A DNA stretch of 63,856 nt, filler included, from Stramenopiles sp. TOSAG23-3 (lineage: Eukaryota), in NCBI GenBank assembly GCA_900128585.1. It is 27 parts of 27 records of this genome, joined end to end, with 100 filler letters (N's around TTAATTAATTAA, not from the genome) between each part and the next. Parts side by side here need not be neighbours in the genome. Positions count along the whole stretch, not along the records: positions 30,914 to 33,185 come from LT644933.1; positions 33,286 to 35,554 come from LT644934.1; positions 35,655 to 37,921 come from LT644935.1; positions 38,022 to 40,285 come from LT644936.1; positions 40,386 to 42,646 come from LT644937.1; positions 42,747 to 45,007 come from LT644938.1; 21 more parts are not named here. One strand, 5' to 3'. The translations under genes and the position numbers were made by a program. Every line of letters begins with the position of its first letter. The first letter of the stretch is position 1. Shown piece after piece: positions 31,183 through 42,763 of this stretch. Below the pieces are notes generated by a model, which saw only the letters and a program-made list of their open reading frames with translations, was not told the DNA's origin and did no database searches.

Positions 31183-32081
31183 GGTGTTATTATATACTTC
31201 GATGAAATATGTTATAATGCAAAACGACAAGGCAATGTTGCTTCGTTCATGCTTCCACAAAGAAAAACCGTTTTTTAAATCCAAACCATCTACCAATTGC
31301 CTCTCCAACATATCCACACTCAAGTAATGAAGATATATCTCAATGCATTTTTTGTGCAATTAAAAAGGTGGTCATCGTTGATGTATGGCCACTTACAATT
31401 AAGGATACGTTTCTCTATAGGATTATATATGAAACCCTTTGTTTATAATAAGGCGTAGTGTGTAAAGGGATTTAGATGAAATCATTTATTCATTTTAATA
31501 ATAAGAAAATAGAATTAAAAAAGTGATAAAATATACCTCTTTATATACACACAGTATAGATAATCATATTATAGGCACATTTCCTTAATCATTGCTTATT
31601 TGGTCTCTCCATTTTATAAATAGGACCTCACTTCCCCCCCCTCTTTTTTATTTTAAATTTGTTTTGTGAGCCAAAGTGTGTTTCCTTCTTTTTTCATATA
31701 TGAGAGTTCGTATTAGGGTTTGTTTTTTTAACTTTTTTTTTTAAATTTTTTATTATTAGTTTATTTTTTTTTAATTAAAATTTTTGTTGTGTTTCAATTA
31801 TTATTTTTTCAACAATTGTGAAATTGAAGTATATGTAGATGACTAAATGATAGTGGTTGATTTAAAGGATAAATATGCCTAACTTTGTCCTGTTCTACCT
31901 TTTATTTTATTTTTTGCTTGTTTGTGCGTTTGTTTGCCCGGCTCCCCATCAACCGAAGGAAGGGATTAGATAGATTTGTTGCACCGTACTGTTTGTGTGT
32001 CTGCCAGTCGGTCGTATCGTGTCGTGTCGGTTGTGTCGGTCGGACTGTGTCTTCCTCTTCTGCGTTGTTCCCGCTCTAAAA

Positions 32082-33185
32082 ATGGCAGATTTTGTTGCTT
32101 CTTCCAGCGCTCTTTCCGCATCTACCCCCCCTTTCTTTCCATCCAGCGATTTGTTTGAAACCATTTCAAAAATGATACTGTCGACCTTTAAAAAAAAGTC
32201 GACGAACAAAGCAAAGCGGGAATTTGATAGGGCCAAATCCTTAGAAACGGAAGCCGAGATCTTTTCGATCCTGAGAGCCCAGAAGGACCCGAACCCCGTA
32301 GCGTTCATTTTCAAATTCTTGAAACGTTTGAAACAAACGAGGAAGAAAACTGAGCCGAGGATTGGGGGCAGGCTGTTCTACTTTTTGGGCCGGCTGTACT
32401 ACGAAGAGCCCAGCGAGGTGATCCATTCGTTAAGAGAGCAAGCCAACGAGTTGATCGTGAAGAAAGAGATCAGCTCGATGTTTTTCGGGGACGTAATTTT
32501 ACAATTTTCTTTGACCGACGACGTCTGGACGCCCGAAAAGCTGCGGGACCTTCTGCTGGAGACCATGCGTGAGGAACTGATGGATCCGGAAAATCGTCAG
32601 CGCGTTTGCAAGGCATCCGTTGACCTGCTGGTAAAGCTGAATTTGCACAAGCAGTATGAGCACTGCCCGGAAGTGATCCTGGGCCCCCTGCTGGAGGCCA
32701 AGGACCAAGGCCAGGGGTTCAACTTGATGCAGCGCGCCTGCAACGACAGCGTCCCGTTTCAAAAGTGCCTGGTTTCCATGATGTACGCGTGCAAACACGA
32801 TCTGAAGCGGGCCACGAAGTTGTTGAAGTCGTACAAACTAGAACCAAAAGAGTTTCCGGAGATTGTCAAACAGAACTACTTCGCCCAGCTGAGGTGGGCC
32901 ATTCGTTCGGAATGCTACGACCTTGTCCAGGTACTGCTGGACCAGGACGATCGCAAGGGGACTTACATGCGGTGGCTCTGCAAGCACGTCTACCAGAAAT
33001 TTGGAAAAGACCACATCCTTACGCAGGCGTGGGTCGATCAGTACAGGAAGAAGTACCGCGGGGCAGGCTTTGAGAACGTTAGACCCCCGCACATTGAAAA
33101 CTTTGTCATTTCAAACGTGGAGGACGAGTCCAAGAAAGACAAGTACCTGGACATTCGCGATTTCAACATTTTTGCGGTCGGAGGC
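32082..33185 (+). CDS. N-terminal helical region of an EXD3/mut-7-like exonuclease; 3' partial
   Basis: LKRATKLLKSYKLEPKEFPEIV...LRWAI resembles the EXD3 N-terminal domain. The nuclease domain would follow, off the contig. Confidence 0.5.
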
Positions 33186-33285
33186 NNNNNNNNNNNNNNN
33201 NNNNNNNNNNNNNNNNNNNNNNNNNNNNNTTAATTAATTAANNNNNNNNNNNNNNNNNNNNNNNNNNNNNNNNNNNNNNNNNNNN

Positions 33286-34617
33286 GGGGCGGCTGCCAGC
33301 GACACGCTGCGGGCGACCCGGGTCCCCTCCCGAAACAACCTGATGACAGCCGGCGCGGCCATGCCCTCCACCCTGTTCGATAGCCTCCAAGAGGCCGTGC
33401 TGGAGCGCATCCGGGAGGCCCACTTCGAGCCCTTCCTGAAGGCGGAGGAGTACACCAAGTTCGTGCAGTTCAAGACGCTAGGGGAGAAGAAGTACGGGGA
33501 GCCGGACTTCGCCGTCTTTCGCAAGCTGGGCCGGGGGGGCTTCGGCGCGGTGTTCGCGTGCAAGAAGCTGACGACCGGGTGTCTGTACGCGATGAAGGTC
33601 ATGGACAAGCAGCGGATCAAGAACAAAAAGGCGCAGAAGATGATCATGAACGAGCGGTCCGTCCTGTCGGTCCTGAATTCACCGTTCGTGGTGTGCATGG
33701 CGTACGCATTCGAGACAAAGACCGACGTGGTCTTCGTCCTGGACCTCATGCAGGGGGGGGACCTGCAGTTCCATCTGCTCCACGAGGGGACCTTCGGGCC
33801 CGAACGGACGGTGTTCTACGCGGGCCAAGTCTTGCTCGCGCTGGAGCACCTGCACTCCCTGAACATCGTCTACCGTGACCTCAAGCCGGAAAACGTTCTG
33901 CTCGACAAGCGGGGGAACTGCCGGGTCTCGGACATGGGCCTGGCCTGCCAAGTGCCCCAGCAAGGGCTCCGGGGACGCTGCGGGACGAGGGGGTACTGGG
34001 CCCCGGAAATGCTCGACAAGGAGAAGCGGTACGGCCTCGAAGTCGACTGGTGGAGCTACGGGTGCACCATTTACCAGATGCTGTTCGGGAAGTCGCCCTT
34101 CCGCACGGACGAGGCCAAAGCGCTCAAGCCCGAGGACAAGAGGGCGTCGATAGACCTGGCCACGCTGACCATGGACGTACCGTACCCGAAGAAAACCTTT
34201 GACGACTCGGCGATTGCGATGCTGTCCGAACTGTTTCAAAGGGACCCTAAGAAACGCTTGGGGTCGAACGGCGCGGATGAGATCAAGCTGTCGCTTTTTT
34301 TTTCGAACCTGGACTGGGGGGTTCTGGAGAACGGATCCATGGAGCCCCCGTTCGTCCCGAACCGGGACATCAACGCCCAGTCGCAGGAGGACATTGGCGA
34401 CTTCGAGCGAACAAAGAAGACCCCGCTCACGCCCGAGGACCATAAATTTTTTGAACAGATTGAATTCACGTCCAGCGAAGCGATCCAGGGCGAGCTTGCC
34501 GATTTTTTGCAGTACGAGGAGGACCACGGACCGATCAAGCTGCAGTCGGGCGCGGACGTTGGCTGCTGCACGTTGCTGTGTGGAGAGGGGGGGGGGGTAC
34601 ACACCATGGACCAGTAA
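33286..34617 (+). CDS. GRK: G protein-coupled receptor kinase (end of RH/RGS domain + AGC kinase); 5' partial
   Basis: FEPFLKAEEYTKF RH helix, LGRGGFG, YAMK, YRDLKPEN, SDMGLA (GRK-type DxG), CGTRGYWAPE, PPFVP. Confidence 0.88.
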   Translation, partial: GAAASDTLRATRVPSRNNLMTAGAAMPSTLFDSLQEAVLERIREAHFEPFLKAEEYTKFVQFKTLGEKKYGEPDFAVFRKLGRGGFGAVFACKKLTTGCLYAMKVMDKQRIKNKKAQKMIMNERSVLSVLNSPFVVCMAYAFETKTDVVFVLDLMQGGDLQFHLLHEGTFGPERTVFYAGQVLLALEHLHSLNIVYRDLKPENVLLDKRGNCRVSDMGLACQVPQQGLRGRCGTRGYWAPEMLDKEKRYGLEVDWWSYGCTIYQMLFGKSPFRTDEAKALKPEDKRASIDLATLTMDVPYPKKTFDDSAIAMLSELFQRDPKKRLGSNGADEIKLSLFFSNLDWGVLENGSMEPPFVPNRDINAQSQEDIGDFERTKKTPLTPEDHKFFEQIEFTSSEAIQGELADFLQYEEDHGPIKLQSGADVGCCTLLCGEGGGVHTMDQ

Positions 34618-34806
34618 TTGGTAATCTTACGTAACTGTGAATTTCGTGCAGTTATGATACTGAAAGTTAAATAAACACACTAACTACCGGTACACTCCAT
34701 GTTCGTCCTTTTTGTCATTATATGATATTATCACACCAACCACCTGTTCTTTTTTTATTCATCTTGTTTTTTATAAACAATATATACACACGCCGCGCCG
34801 TACACC

Positions 34807-35553
34807 TCACAATATCGTACACCCCGGCGCGTTCTTTTCCGAAACGATGATGTTGTCCTTGCCCTCTCCGGCCTTCCCACTGCTCCCTTCCACCCCGTCG
34901 CCCCGTGCGCCCTTTGACTTCGCCGAGTACCGTCTCGACCGTGCGTCTCCGCCGGCCTTGTCCTGCTGCCGTTTCTCCCCGACGTCGGACGCGGTGGAGG
35001 TTTCGGGGACGGTGGGGTAGTCGGCGAACGCCTTGGCAGCGGACAATTTCGTTTTGGCCGAGCGCAGGCGCTGGCTCGGTCGGCGCTTTCGTTCCCGGTT
35101 AAACTTGTTGTACTTGCTTTCGTTGCGCGAGGCGTCCCGTTTCCTCGAGTCGTCCTTGTGCTCCTTGTTGGGGGGCTGCTTGGCGGCGGCCTTGGACTTC
35201 TTCTTGGACGATTTTATCCGAAGGGGCCCGTCCGTCGGGTTCGGGAACACCTTCGGCTGTCCCCGCGAGTCGAACTGGGGCTCCATCCAGTCGAATTGCC
35301 CGTCTATGGCCACGTTGGTTCGCTTCGCGATGTCCATCAGCATCCGCTTCAGGGCGTTGTAATCTATCTGCTCGGACGGGCGCAAGTTCCGGCAGTACTG
35401 GATGAACTGGGCGTAGCCCTGGTCGTGCCCCGCGCACAGGTCCTTGAGCGGCACGTCCATCTTCTTGTTCGCGATAAGGGCGTACTTTGCCTTGGTCGTC
35501 TTCGCCTTCAGCCCCGACCACGGGAGCGACCCCCGCCCAAAATAAATCAAAAT
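34807..35553 (-). CDS. Casein kinase 1 family, C-terminal part, ending in CaaX (CTIL); 5' partial
   Basis: LIYFGRGSLPWSGLKA...LC.G....F..YCRNL.....DY..L...FDW. Confidence 0.85.
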   Translation of the reverse strand: MLIYFGRGSLPWSGLKAKTTKAKYALIANKKMDVPLKDLCAGHDQGYAQFIQYCRNLRPSEQIDYNALKRMLMDIAKRTNVAIDGQFDWMEPQFDSRGQPKVFPNPTDGPLRIKSSKKKSKAAAKQPPNKEHKDDSRKRDASRNESKYNKFNRERKRRPSQRLRSAKTKLSAAKAFADYPTVPETSTASDVGEKRQQDKAGGDARSRRYSAKSKGARGDGVEGSSGKAGEGKDNIIVSEKNAPGCTIL

Positions 35554-35697
35554 GNNNNNNNNNNNNNNNNNNNNNNNNNNNNNNNNNNNNNNNNNNNNTT
35601 AATTAATTAANNNNNNNNNNNNNNNNNNNNNNNNNNNNNNNNNNNNNNNNNNNNATACATTCATCGCTGCAAATTTGTGTGGGAGTCTTGCATCATT

Positions 35698-36837
35698 TTA
35701 TTTTAAAACAAAAAATTGGCTGTTATTTAGAGTGGGTGTTACAGAGCATGGGTTGGAAGCACCGCAGATTGTTGGGCTTATGTATTTCTCTTTGCCGTAC
35801 GTGTAGTCACTACCATCCCACACACAACCATAGAAGGGATGGTCTCCCGCAAGGTCCGTAAAGTTCGTGTTTACAATTACGATGGAAGGGATACCATCAC
35901 CTTCATTCGTCATGATCTGATGCCCGTGTTTCTCCGAATCTTGTAAGGTTATTGCTTCGTTTCTTATAAACGTACATTCTCGAATGTTCGCAGTCGCTTT
36001 CCAGCTTAAATAAAGTCCGCCCCCACCCTTCGACCCCCAGTGACTAGTTGCCGCCCCATCTATTTGTTTATTTTCAATCAATCTGACCCTTGTTAGAGTA
36101 ACTTGAGTAGGATCAGAGGAAGTACCATGGATAAAAATTCCACCCCCTCTGTGCCCTGCTGTATTCTTTATAAAAGTGGAATCAGTACTTGCTGATCCTA
36201 TGCTACCCTGATGAATGCACAACCCGCCACCAATGGTCCCTGCTGAATTATATTTAAATGTATTCCATTCGCCCTGGAATGTTCCTGTGTATAAATACAC
36301 CCCACCTGCTTCGATACTGGCAGTATTAGTGTCAAAAATTACGAAAGAGAAGAAGAGAGTAGGGTGTGCAAGCGCCGCCCAAACAGCACCACCATAAGAA
36401 GCACGATTATTGAAAAAGACACAATGGGATATGTTCAAATGCGCGGCTACGTTGTAAACGTAAATGGAACCACCATAGCAAGCGTCCGAGACACAGGTCC
36501 CAACATTCCCACCGGTCATGTTCAACCACGCCAACTTCACAGTGTGCGCGCCACCGGTGATCTTAAAATGTCGCCCACTCGCTGCCGTCAGCGTAGAGTA
36601 CACCGTCTCTTTCCCTGTCACCGTCAGGTCCCCGTCAACGACGATTTCGTTGGAGATGATGCAATCACTAGTGATGGTGGCGCTGCCGCTGGTGGGGATA
36701 GAACAAGAAGATAGAGTTGAATATCCCAGGACAGGGCACACTGCCAATAAAGAAAGCACAACGCAACCAACCAATACAAAACGAAACCACCGGATGCGTG
36801 GGAAGAAGGCCTTCCGCAACGGCCATCCCCACCACAT
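35698..36837 (-). CDS. Secreted/surface beta-helix protein with Pmp-like GGA(I/V)/FxxN repeats; 3' end probably truncated
   Basis: Signal peptide, repeated FxxNxAxxGG(A/G)h motifs. The ORF ends inside the dispersed motif. Confidence 0.7.
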   Translation of the reverse strand: MWWGWPLRKAFFPRIRWFRFVLVGCVVLSLLAVCPVLGYSTLSSCSIPTSGSATITSDCIISNEIVVDGDLTVTGKETVYSTLTAASGRHFKITGGAHTVKLAWLNMTGGNVGTCVSDACYGGSIYVYNVAAHLNISHCVFFNNRASYGGAVWAALAHPTLFFSFVIFDTNTASIEAGGVYLYTGTFQGEWNTFKYNSAGTIGGGLCIHQGSIGSASTDSTFIKNTAGHRGGGIFIHGTSSDPTQVTLTRVRLIENKQIDGAATSHWGSKGGGGLYLSWKATANIRECTFIRNEAITLQDSEKHGHQIMTNEGDGIPSIVIVNTNFTDLAGDHPFYGCVWDGSDYTYGKEKYISPTICGASNPCSVTPTLNNSQFFVLK

Positions 36838-38027
36838 ACTATGCTCAATCTGGCTGGCAAACAAAAATAACTAAAACTATTTTCTTCTCTCAAAACTTTA
36901 CATAAATTTGATATCTTTCTATGAAAAATATCTCATTCCCAAGGAAAATTCGGTTTGTTTCCTATCCAATTTTAAGAAAGTCCATTCAAATGAATCGTTT
37001 CATTTATTCAATAAAATATAATTAAATCATTCTTCTTAATTCGTTGATTTTTTAAAGAATAATTGCTAACATACAGGCCACAGGCAAGGGGACGAGAACA
37101 AACTTTTTTATTAAAAAAATTTAAACTCGTCCTGTATTCTAAGAATGTATTTGAGTATGTTTAGTCTCTTTTGATAGGATTTTGTAACCGTTTAAGGAAT
37201 ATTGTGATTTTTGGTATTTTTGATAATTTGTACTTGTATACCCAATAATAATAGTCTAATTATACATTGTATAGGAATGATCAGGGCGGTTGAAATTTTC
37301 AGGAGTTTAGCATGGTACAGCAGGGGGAATCTAACTTTTTTTTTTAATTTTCTTTTTTTTAGACCGAGTTTAGCACTGTACATAGACACACTATGGAGCA
37401 CGGGGTGCAAGAGGGGGTCATGATAGCATAGGGGAATTATATAATTTCATTTTTTATAATGGTGTGTTCCTTCTATGTTGGGAATAAAAAAAAAAGAGAT
37501 GGCCTGTACGAAACATTTCCTCTTTTTTTTTAATCTATTTTTGATGGTATTTAAATGTATTATTTATCGGAAACTTAATAAAAAACTATTTTCTTTGCTA
37601 TTGCCTGTGCAAAACAAACTTAATTGTTTTATTTCATGCTATTCAATGTATAATCGAAAACTAAAATAGTTTCAATGCTATTGCCTGTGAAAAACTGTAT
37701 CAATCTCTATAAAAAAAAAATGAAGAAGAATTTTTATATTTTCTTTTGAGCTATTACCAAGTTTACCGTTTTTTGATCGACACTTTTTTTATAATGTACT
37801 TATTCTTTAATTAAACCCTATCAAAGTATGACCCTTCGAGACGCCTGGCAGGGGCCTATTTCTATAATTTACCTAATTGTCGATAGAATGGGAGGAGCCG
37901 CTCGGTAGAGATTCTAAGCCTNNNNNNNNNNNNNNNNNNNNNNNNNNNNNNNNNNNNNNNNNNNNTTAATTAATTAANNNNNNNNNNNNNNNNNNNNNNN
38001 NNNNNNNNNNNNNNNNNNNNNAGGGTG

Positions 38028-40283
38028 TCAAGCCCCCCCTTCTTCGGCTGGGTGCACCTTCCTCTCGAGTTTGCCTTTTCTTGCCAACTTTATTACCTTT
38101 TGTCTTAACACGCTGCGCATAAGATGCAGAAAGTAAATTGTTCCTCCCAAAAGACTAATGCATCCAATCCACTCAAACATTCCAAACACTGTATATCGTG
38201 CTGGGGCATGCCCCTCCAGCACTGACGCCCCAATTTCATCGTACTCTATCGCAGACGTATTGAATTTAGTCCCGTTGATAACTGTAACACTGTGAACTGT
38301 ACGCTGGTTCAACCCCAATGAACGCACTTCCTCCGCTATCGAAAGCGTTCCCAACGTCGACACGCCCAAACAGATCTGTCCTATCGTTAGCAGCAAATCC
38401 AACAAATTGTTGATGCCAATGTGACGATCAAAGGCCTGGTTAAACTCGTCCAACGATTTAACGGCCATTGCGCCCTTCATCGCAGCGCAACAGGAACCAA
38501 ACCTTGTTCCAGCAGGCCGATCGGCGTCTTCGTATCTGCCTAATGATGTCCGCCGCTTTTCGATTTCGTGATCGGACAGGTAAGGAAGGTATCGGACGAG
38601 GCACACTATGTATAAACTGTTGCAGAGAATCTCGGCCGGCAGTCGAAGGTCGTACCGATTTGACATGAACAATGTTGTTCCCGCCACGAAGAGTTTACGA
38701 GCCAGAATGGCAAACTCCCACGCAAAGTGTTCCCTTCGAAACTTATCGAATGTATGACCAAACACTTTTCTCTTTGTGCACTCATCGCAATCGACTTCAT
38801 TGCAAGGCCAGGGCTGACTTTCCTTGTAGTTCGGGCAATTCTGGTCGTCAAGCCAGTCGGGAATCGGAAACGATGGCCTGCAAGATTGACCTCTGCGCAG
38901 CTTCCACCCTAAAATGCGGCGGAAAAACACTAGTGCTGGAAGCACAATGTACAGCAAAAACAAGAAGATAGAGCCCCAAAACAATGGCCCCCACTGCGGG
39001 TCTTCCAGCGTACATGTAACGTTTGGGTCTACGTCCCACACAGAAACTTCGCCTTTTGATGTCGTGCAGTCCCATGGCACGATGATCCGGTGAAACATTA
39101 TGGGGAACAAAAACGAAAGCGAAATGAGAAAAACCGTCGCAAAAATCGATCGCCCATCAAATGGGGCTTGTTGATTGGCCCGATGATTTGCGATGCACCG
39201 TGCCGAGCCCCACCATATCGCAGCCATCAACGCTGCAAAGACGGGCAGGCACGCCGTTAGGGAATATTTTTCGCTGAAAGTGAGGCGGAACTGGCAATCG
39301 GGGGAAGACGCTAATTTTATCATGTCCACTGTCACTAGATTCACAAGTACCTTTAACGCGTTTGAAAACCAGTGTGGAAGGTGAAACAATGGGAAATGCG
39401 GCAACGCAAAGTTGAGAAGGACGCAGTGAGAAAATATCACGCTTGCCGTCCTACCAATGGTGCTAAAAGTACTGCTTGAGAGACTACTCACCGAAACGGT
39501 CGTCATACTCCGCGTTATACCAGCCTGGCGCTCGGTTGTCCATTTCCGTTTGATCGAGTCCCCGTAACTGGACAGTTCTACGGAACGTTCTTTTTCCTTC
39601 TCGTTATTTTCCTGCTGGGCGCTCTTTTCGTTCTTTTGCTGCTGGTAGAACAAGTCCCGGTCCAATTCACTGCTCTGAAAGAGACCGTGCAGAAAGTACA
39701 CAACGTAACACAATCCAGAGAGGAACAGAATGCCTAATAAAATATCATTTTCTGGTCCGGGGCAGGGCGCGCACGCGACCTCGGACGGGACCTCGTAGAA
39801 CGTCTCTTTGCAGTGCACACATCCAACTCCTTCCCGATTTTGGGCGCACGTCGCCCCTCCCAAACATAATTTTGAGTTAGGGCAGGGAGCGCACCTTTCA
39901 GCGCTATCGTGCAAGTTTGCCGTCGTGCCCGGGTCGGCGAGGTAGCGCCCCGCGGGGCAGTCCGTGCAGGCAGCCGCGGCTGCGAGGGACCATGTTCCGG
40001 TTTTGCAGATCGAACACTTGGTGAGGCTATTGTGCAGGTTTGGTGCCGTACCTGGGTCTGATAGGTATCGGCCAGCGGGGCAGTCCGTGCAAGAAGCTGC
40101 TGAAGCAAAAGACCATTGGCCTGCAGGGCATAGAATGCAGTTGGTTGCGCCGGTTGCGCCGGGTGTGGGACCGTACGTTCCAGCGGCGCAGGGAGTGCAT
40201 TGAGCGAGGCCTTCGTTCAGGCCGTATGTTCCGGCGGTGCAGGGAGTGCACTGAGGGAGGCCTTCGGTTGCCGTGATTTCTCC
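38028..40283 (-). CDS. Large membrane protein: tandem Cys-rich CxxCPAG (GCC2/GCC3, ephrin-receptor-like) repeats plus a multi-TM C-terminal domain; 5' partial
   Basis: Frame open from the contig end: CTPCTAGTY, CTPCAAGTY, CTDCPAGRY; TM block including WEFAILARK. Confidence 0.8.
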   Translation of the reverse strand, partial: GEITATEGLPQCTPCTAGTYGLNEGLAQCTPCAAGTYGPTPGATGATNCILCPAGQWSFASAASCTDCPAGRYLSDPGTAPNLHNSLTKCSICKTGTWSLAAAAACTDCPAGRYLADPGTTANLHDSAERCAPCPNSKLCLGGATCAQNREGVGCVHCKETFYEVPSEVACAPCPGPENDILLGILFLSGLCYVVYFLHGLFQSSELDRDLFYQQQKNEKSAQQENNEKEKERSVELSSYGDSIKRKWTTERQAGITRSMTTVSVSSLSSSTFSTIGRTASVIFSHCVLLNFALPHFPLFHLPHWFSNALKVLVNLVTVDMIKLASSPDCQFRLTFSEKYSLTACLPVFAALMAAIWWGSARCIANHRANQQAPFDGRSIFATVFLISLSFLFPIMFHRIIVPWDCTTSKGEVSVWDVDPNVTCTLEDPQWGPLFWGSIFLFLLYIVLPALVFFRRILGWKLRRGQSCRPSFPIPDWLDDQNCPNYKESQPWPCNEVDCDECTKRKVFGHTFDKFRREHFAWEFAILARKLFVAGTTLFMSNRYDLRLPAEILCNSLYIVCLVRYLPYLSDHEIEKRRTSLGRYEDADRPAGTRFGSCCAAMKGAMAVKSLDEFNQAFDRHIGINNLLDLLLTIGQICLGVSTLGTLSIAEEVRSLGLNQRTVHSVTVINGTKFNTSAIEYDEIGASVLEGHAPARYTVFGMFEWIGCISLLGGTIYFLHLMRSVLRQKVIKLARKGKLERKVHPAEEGGA

Positions 40284-40387
40284 GGNNNNNNNNNNNNNNN
40301 NNNNNNNNNNNNNNNNNNNNNNNNNNNNNTTAATTAATTAANNNNNNNNNNNNNNNNNNNNNNNNNNNNNNNNNNNNNNNNNNNNCC

Positions 40388-42646
40388 TGCAATGCAGGCC
40401 AAAATGCAATAAAAGTTCCAAGCCGTCACATTCTGAAAGGACACAAAGGCTCCGTTTGCACTATTACATATTCTCGTCTGCAACAGCTTGTGATCTCTGC
40501 TGCTACGGACGGTACAGTCCGCATCTGGGATGCTGGCGCTAAATTATTTCGCTTGACGCACCCAGGCACGGTACCGCATGTCCAGAAATGGCCCGGTTAC
40601 TACAAAAATATGGAGCCCGAGTGGACGAAAACTTCGCAACCATTTATGGAAGCATTGACATTGAATTTAGGCGAAAGCGTATACTGCAAGCACTTGGCAG
40701 TGCTAAATTTGCGCTTGGATCCTCCTCCATGCCCCATCAAGATTGAGGACGACGGAATAGACAAAGCAAAAGACTTGGATTTCTTAACAAAAAGTTCAAA
40801 GCCTTTAGACGAAGCTTCTATTGCAACAGAGACTGCGGACGAACTAAATAGGCGAGCGCTACAGTTGGAAACAGTCACTGGATGTAAGGGCTGCATATAT
40901 CTGTGGGAGGACGGGACGTTAGAATCTGTTGACGCCCCTCGATTTATTGAGGGCATGGTGGCGCAGCGCGAAGTTGCGTACATAGAAGCGTGCGACCCTC
41001 TTGTTCGACCTACTCTACGCCGAATATACGGCAAACGCCACAAACTACTTCGGGTATTTTACGTCGCTTCTCAAGAGTATCCTAGCTTATCGGCATTTAC
41101 GGAATCGCTTCAAAAGAGCGGAAATGCTGTGCGAAATCAAGCATGTTTACAACGTTTCTGTGCGCGACCACATGCAACTATAATCCCATTTTATCGTGTG
41201 GGTGATGGTCCAGAAGACCATGTGTCGATAAAGCAAAAGTCACCTCACGAGCCCGAGTTTCAGGAGAAAGCGGACAATGTCTTTTTGAAGGCAGCCAAGA
41301 CGGGCACTGTTACCAACGTAATCCGGAACAACAAATGGTTTGAAATTGCTTACGATCACGCTCAAATTGAGAGTCGCGTTCCGCGCAAACGCATCCAACT
41401 AATTACGGCAGGCCGTAGAGCCGCAGCATTGGGGGATACCGATGGGGACATCGTCGTTGGGTCCCGCGTACTGGTTTTGCCAGACAAAAATCAAGGGGCC
41501 GCCGATAAAAATGGTGGCTCAATGGCGGCGCACTTAAGTGGAGGGCTTGGGGAAAGTGCGTCTGGATCCACAGGACAAATCGAGGTGCTTGCTATGCTTG
41601 TGCATGACAGTTCTGGAGATACAAAAGTTAAGTGTTATGGCATTGGTCGTGCTGAAATACCGGTACCCGCAAATGCGTTCGACGACAAATTGCCCTCGTG
41701 GCTAATTTCAGGAGTGGAACAAGAATACAAGTACCATTGGGCAATAAGTCTGGCAAGGTACCGGGCGCGGCACCCGATCGTTCGATCTGCCACGCGCTTG
41801 CAGTTGGAAAACGAATCCAGTTTGCTTTCACAGGTCGCCTCAATCCTGAGGCGCGCGTCGTTGGACCCATCGCTGTCGGACAACTACGAGAAGCGCCGCT
41901 TGCTATGCGAAGCGAGCTTAGCCGTGGCGCTACGATCGCCAAAACGACCTGTTGTTGCGCTGATAGATTGCGTGGACGCAGTCCTCCGCATAATTTACCC
42001 AGCATCTGGGCGCCGGTTGATAAACGCTTTGCCTGTAAATTATGTTGTTTCAAAGTTAGAGCAGCATTGCTCAATGAACCGCTTGGCTGAAGCAATCGTT
42101 GGACCCATTTTGCCTGGTCTTCGTGGCATTGTTAATTTGCATGCAACTGAAGAGGGAACAGTCACAGCAAGGGGGGTTCTAGCCGCTATAGAAGAAAAGC
42201 ATGCTCGATCATTGGGTGTAGACGAATGTTTTGCACTATTGCGCCAGTTACGGCATTTGCACCCCCCCAATATGATCGCAGAGCAGTTTGTATCTGTCGC
42301 CATAACCACGGACGACGACGCGGACACTCTTCATATGACTCCTCGCCGATTTTCATCCGCAATAACAAAAATGGATCCTTTTGAAGCAACGCGGTTAGAT
42401 TTAGCGAAGTTGGTGACAAACCTGAGAAGCCAGCGGAAGGAAGCCCCTTATCCAAAGTCATCAGAGATTGCCATTGAAGGGGTGGACAACGCGTCGTCGG
42501 CTGCTTTGTACAGGCAGGAGAAGCAGAAAACGGGAGACGGCGACCGCCTCGATGACACACACGCGACAGGGTTACCAACTCGTGTTTGTGGCGGTCTCCA
42601 AAGGTACGCCCAAGCCGTTGCCGAGCAGCGCTGGGCCAAGGCGTAC
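40388..42646 (+). CDS. Internal fragment of a large WD40-containing protein; partial at both ends
   Basis: LKGHKGSVCTITYS...ISAATDGTVRIWD; frame open across the whole contig. Confidence 0.7.
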
Positions 42647-42763
42647 NNNNNNNNNNNNNNNNNNNNNNNNNNNNNNNNNNNNNNNNNNNNTTAATTAATT
42701 AANNNNNNNNNNNNNNNNNNNNNNNNNNNNNNNNNNNNNNNNNNNNATAACAGCCAATTTTCT

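Noticed and set aside
33679-34602. Long antisense ORFs (307 aa here; 315 aa at 48627-49574; 158 aa opposite ubiquitin)
   Set aside because: Shadow frames of conserved or GC-rich genes with no recognisable motifs.
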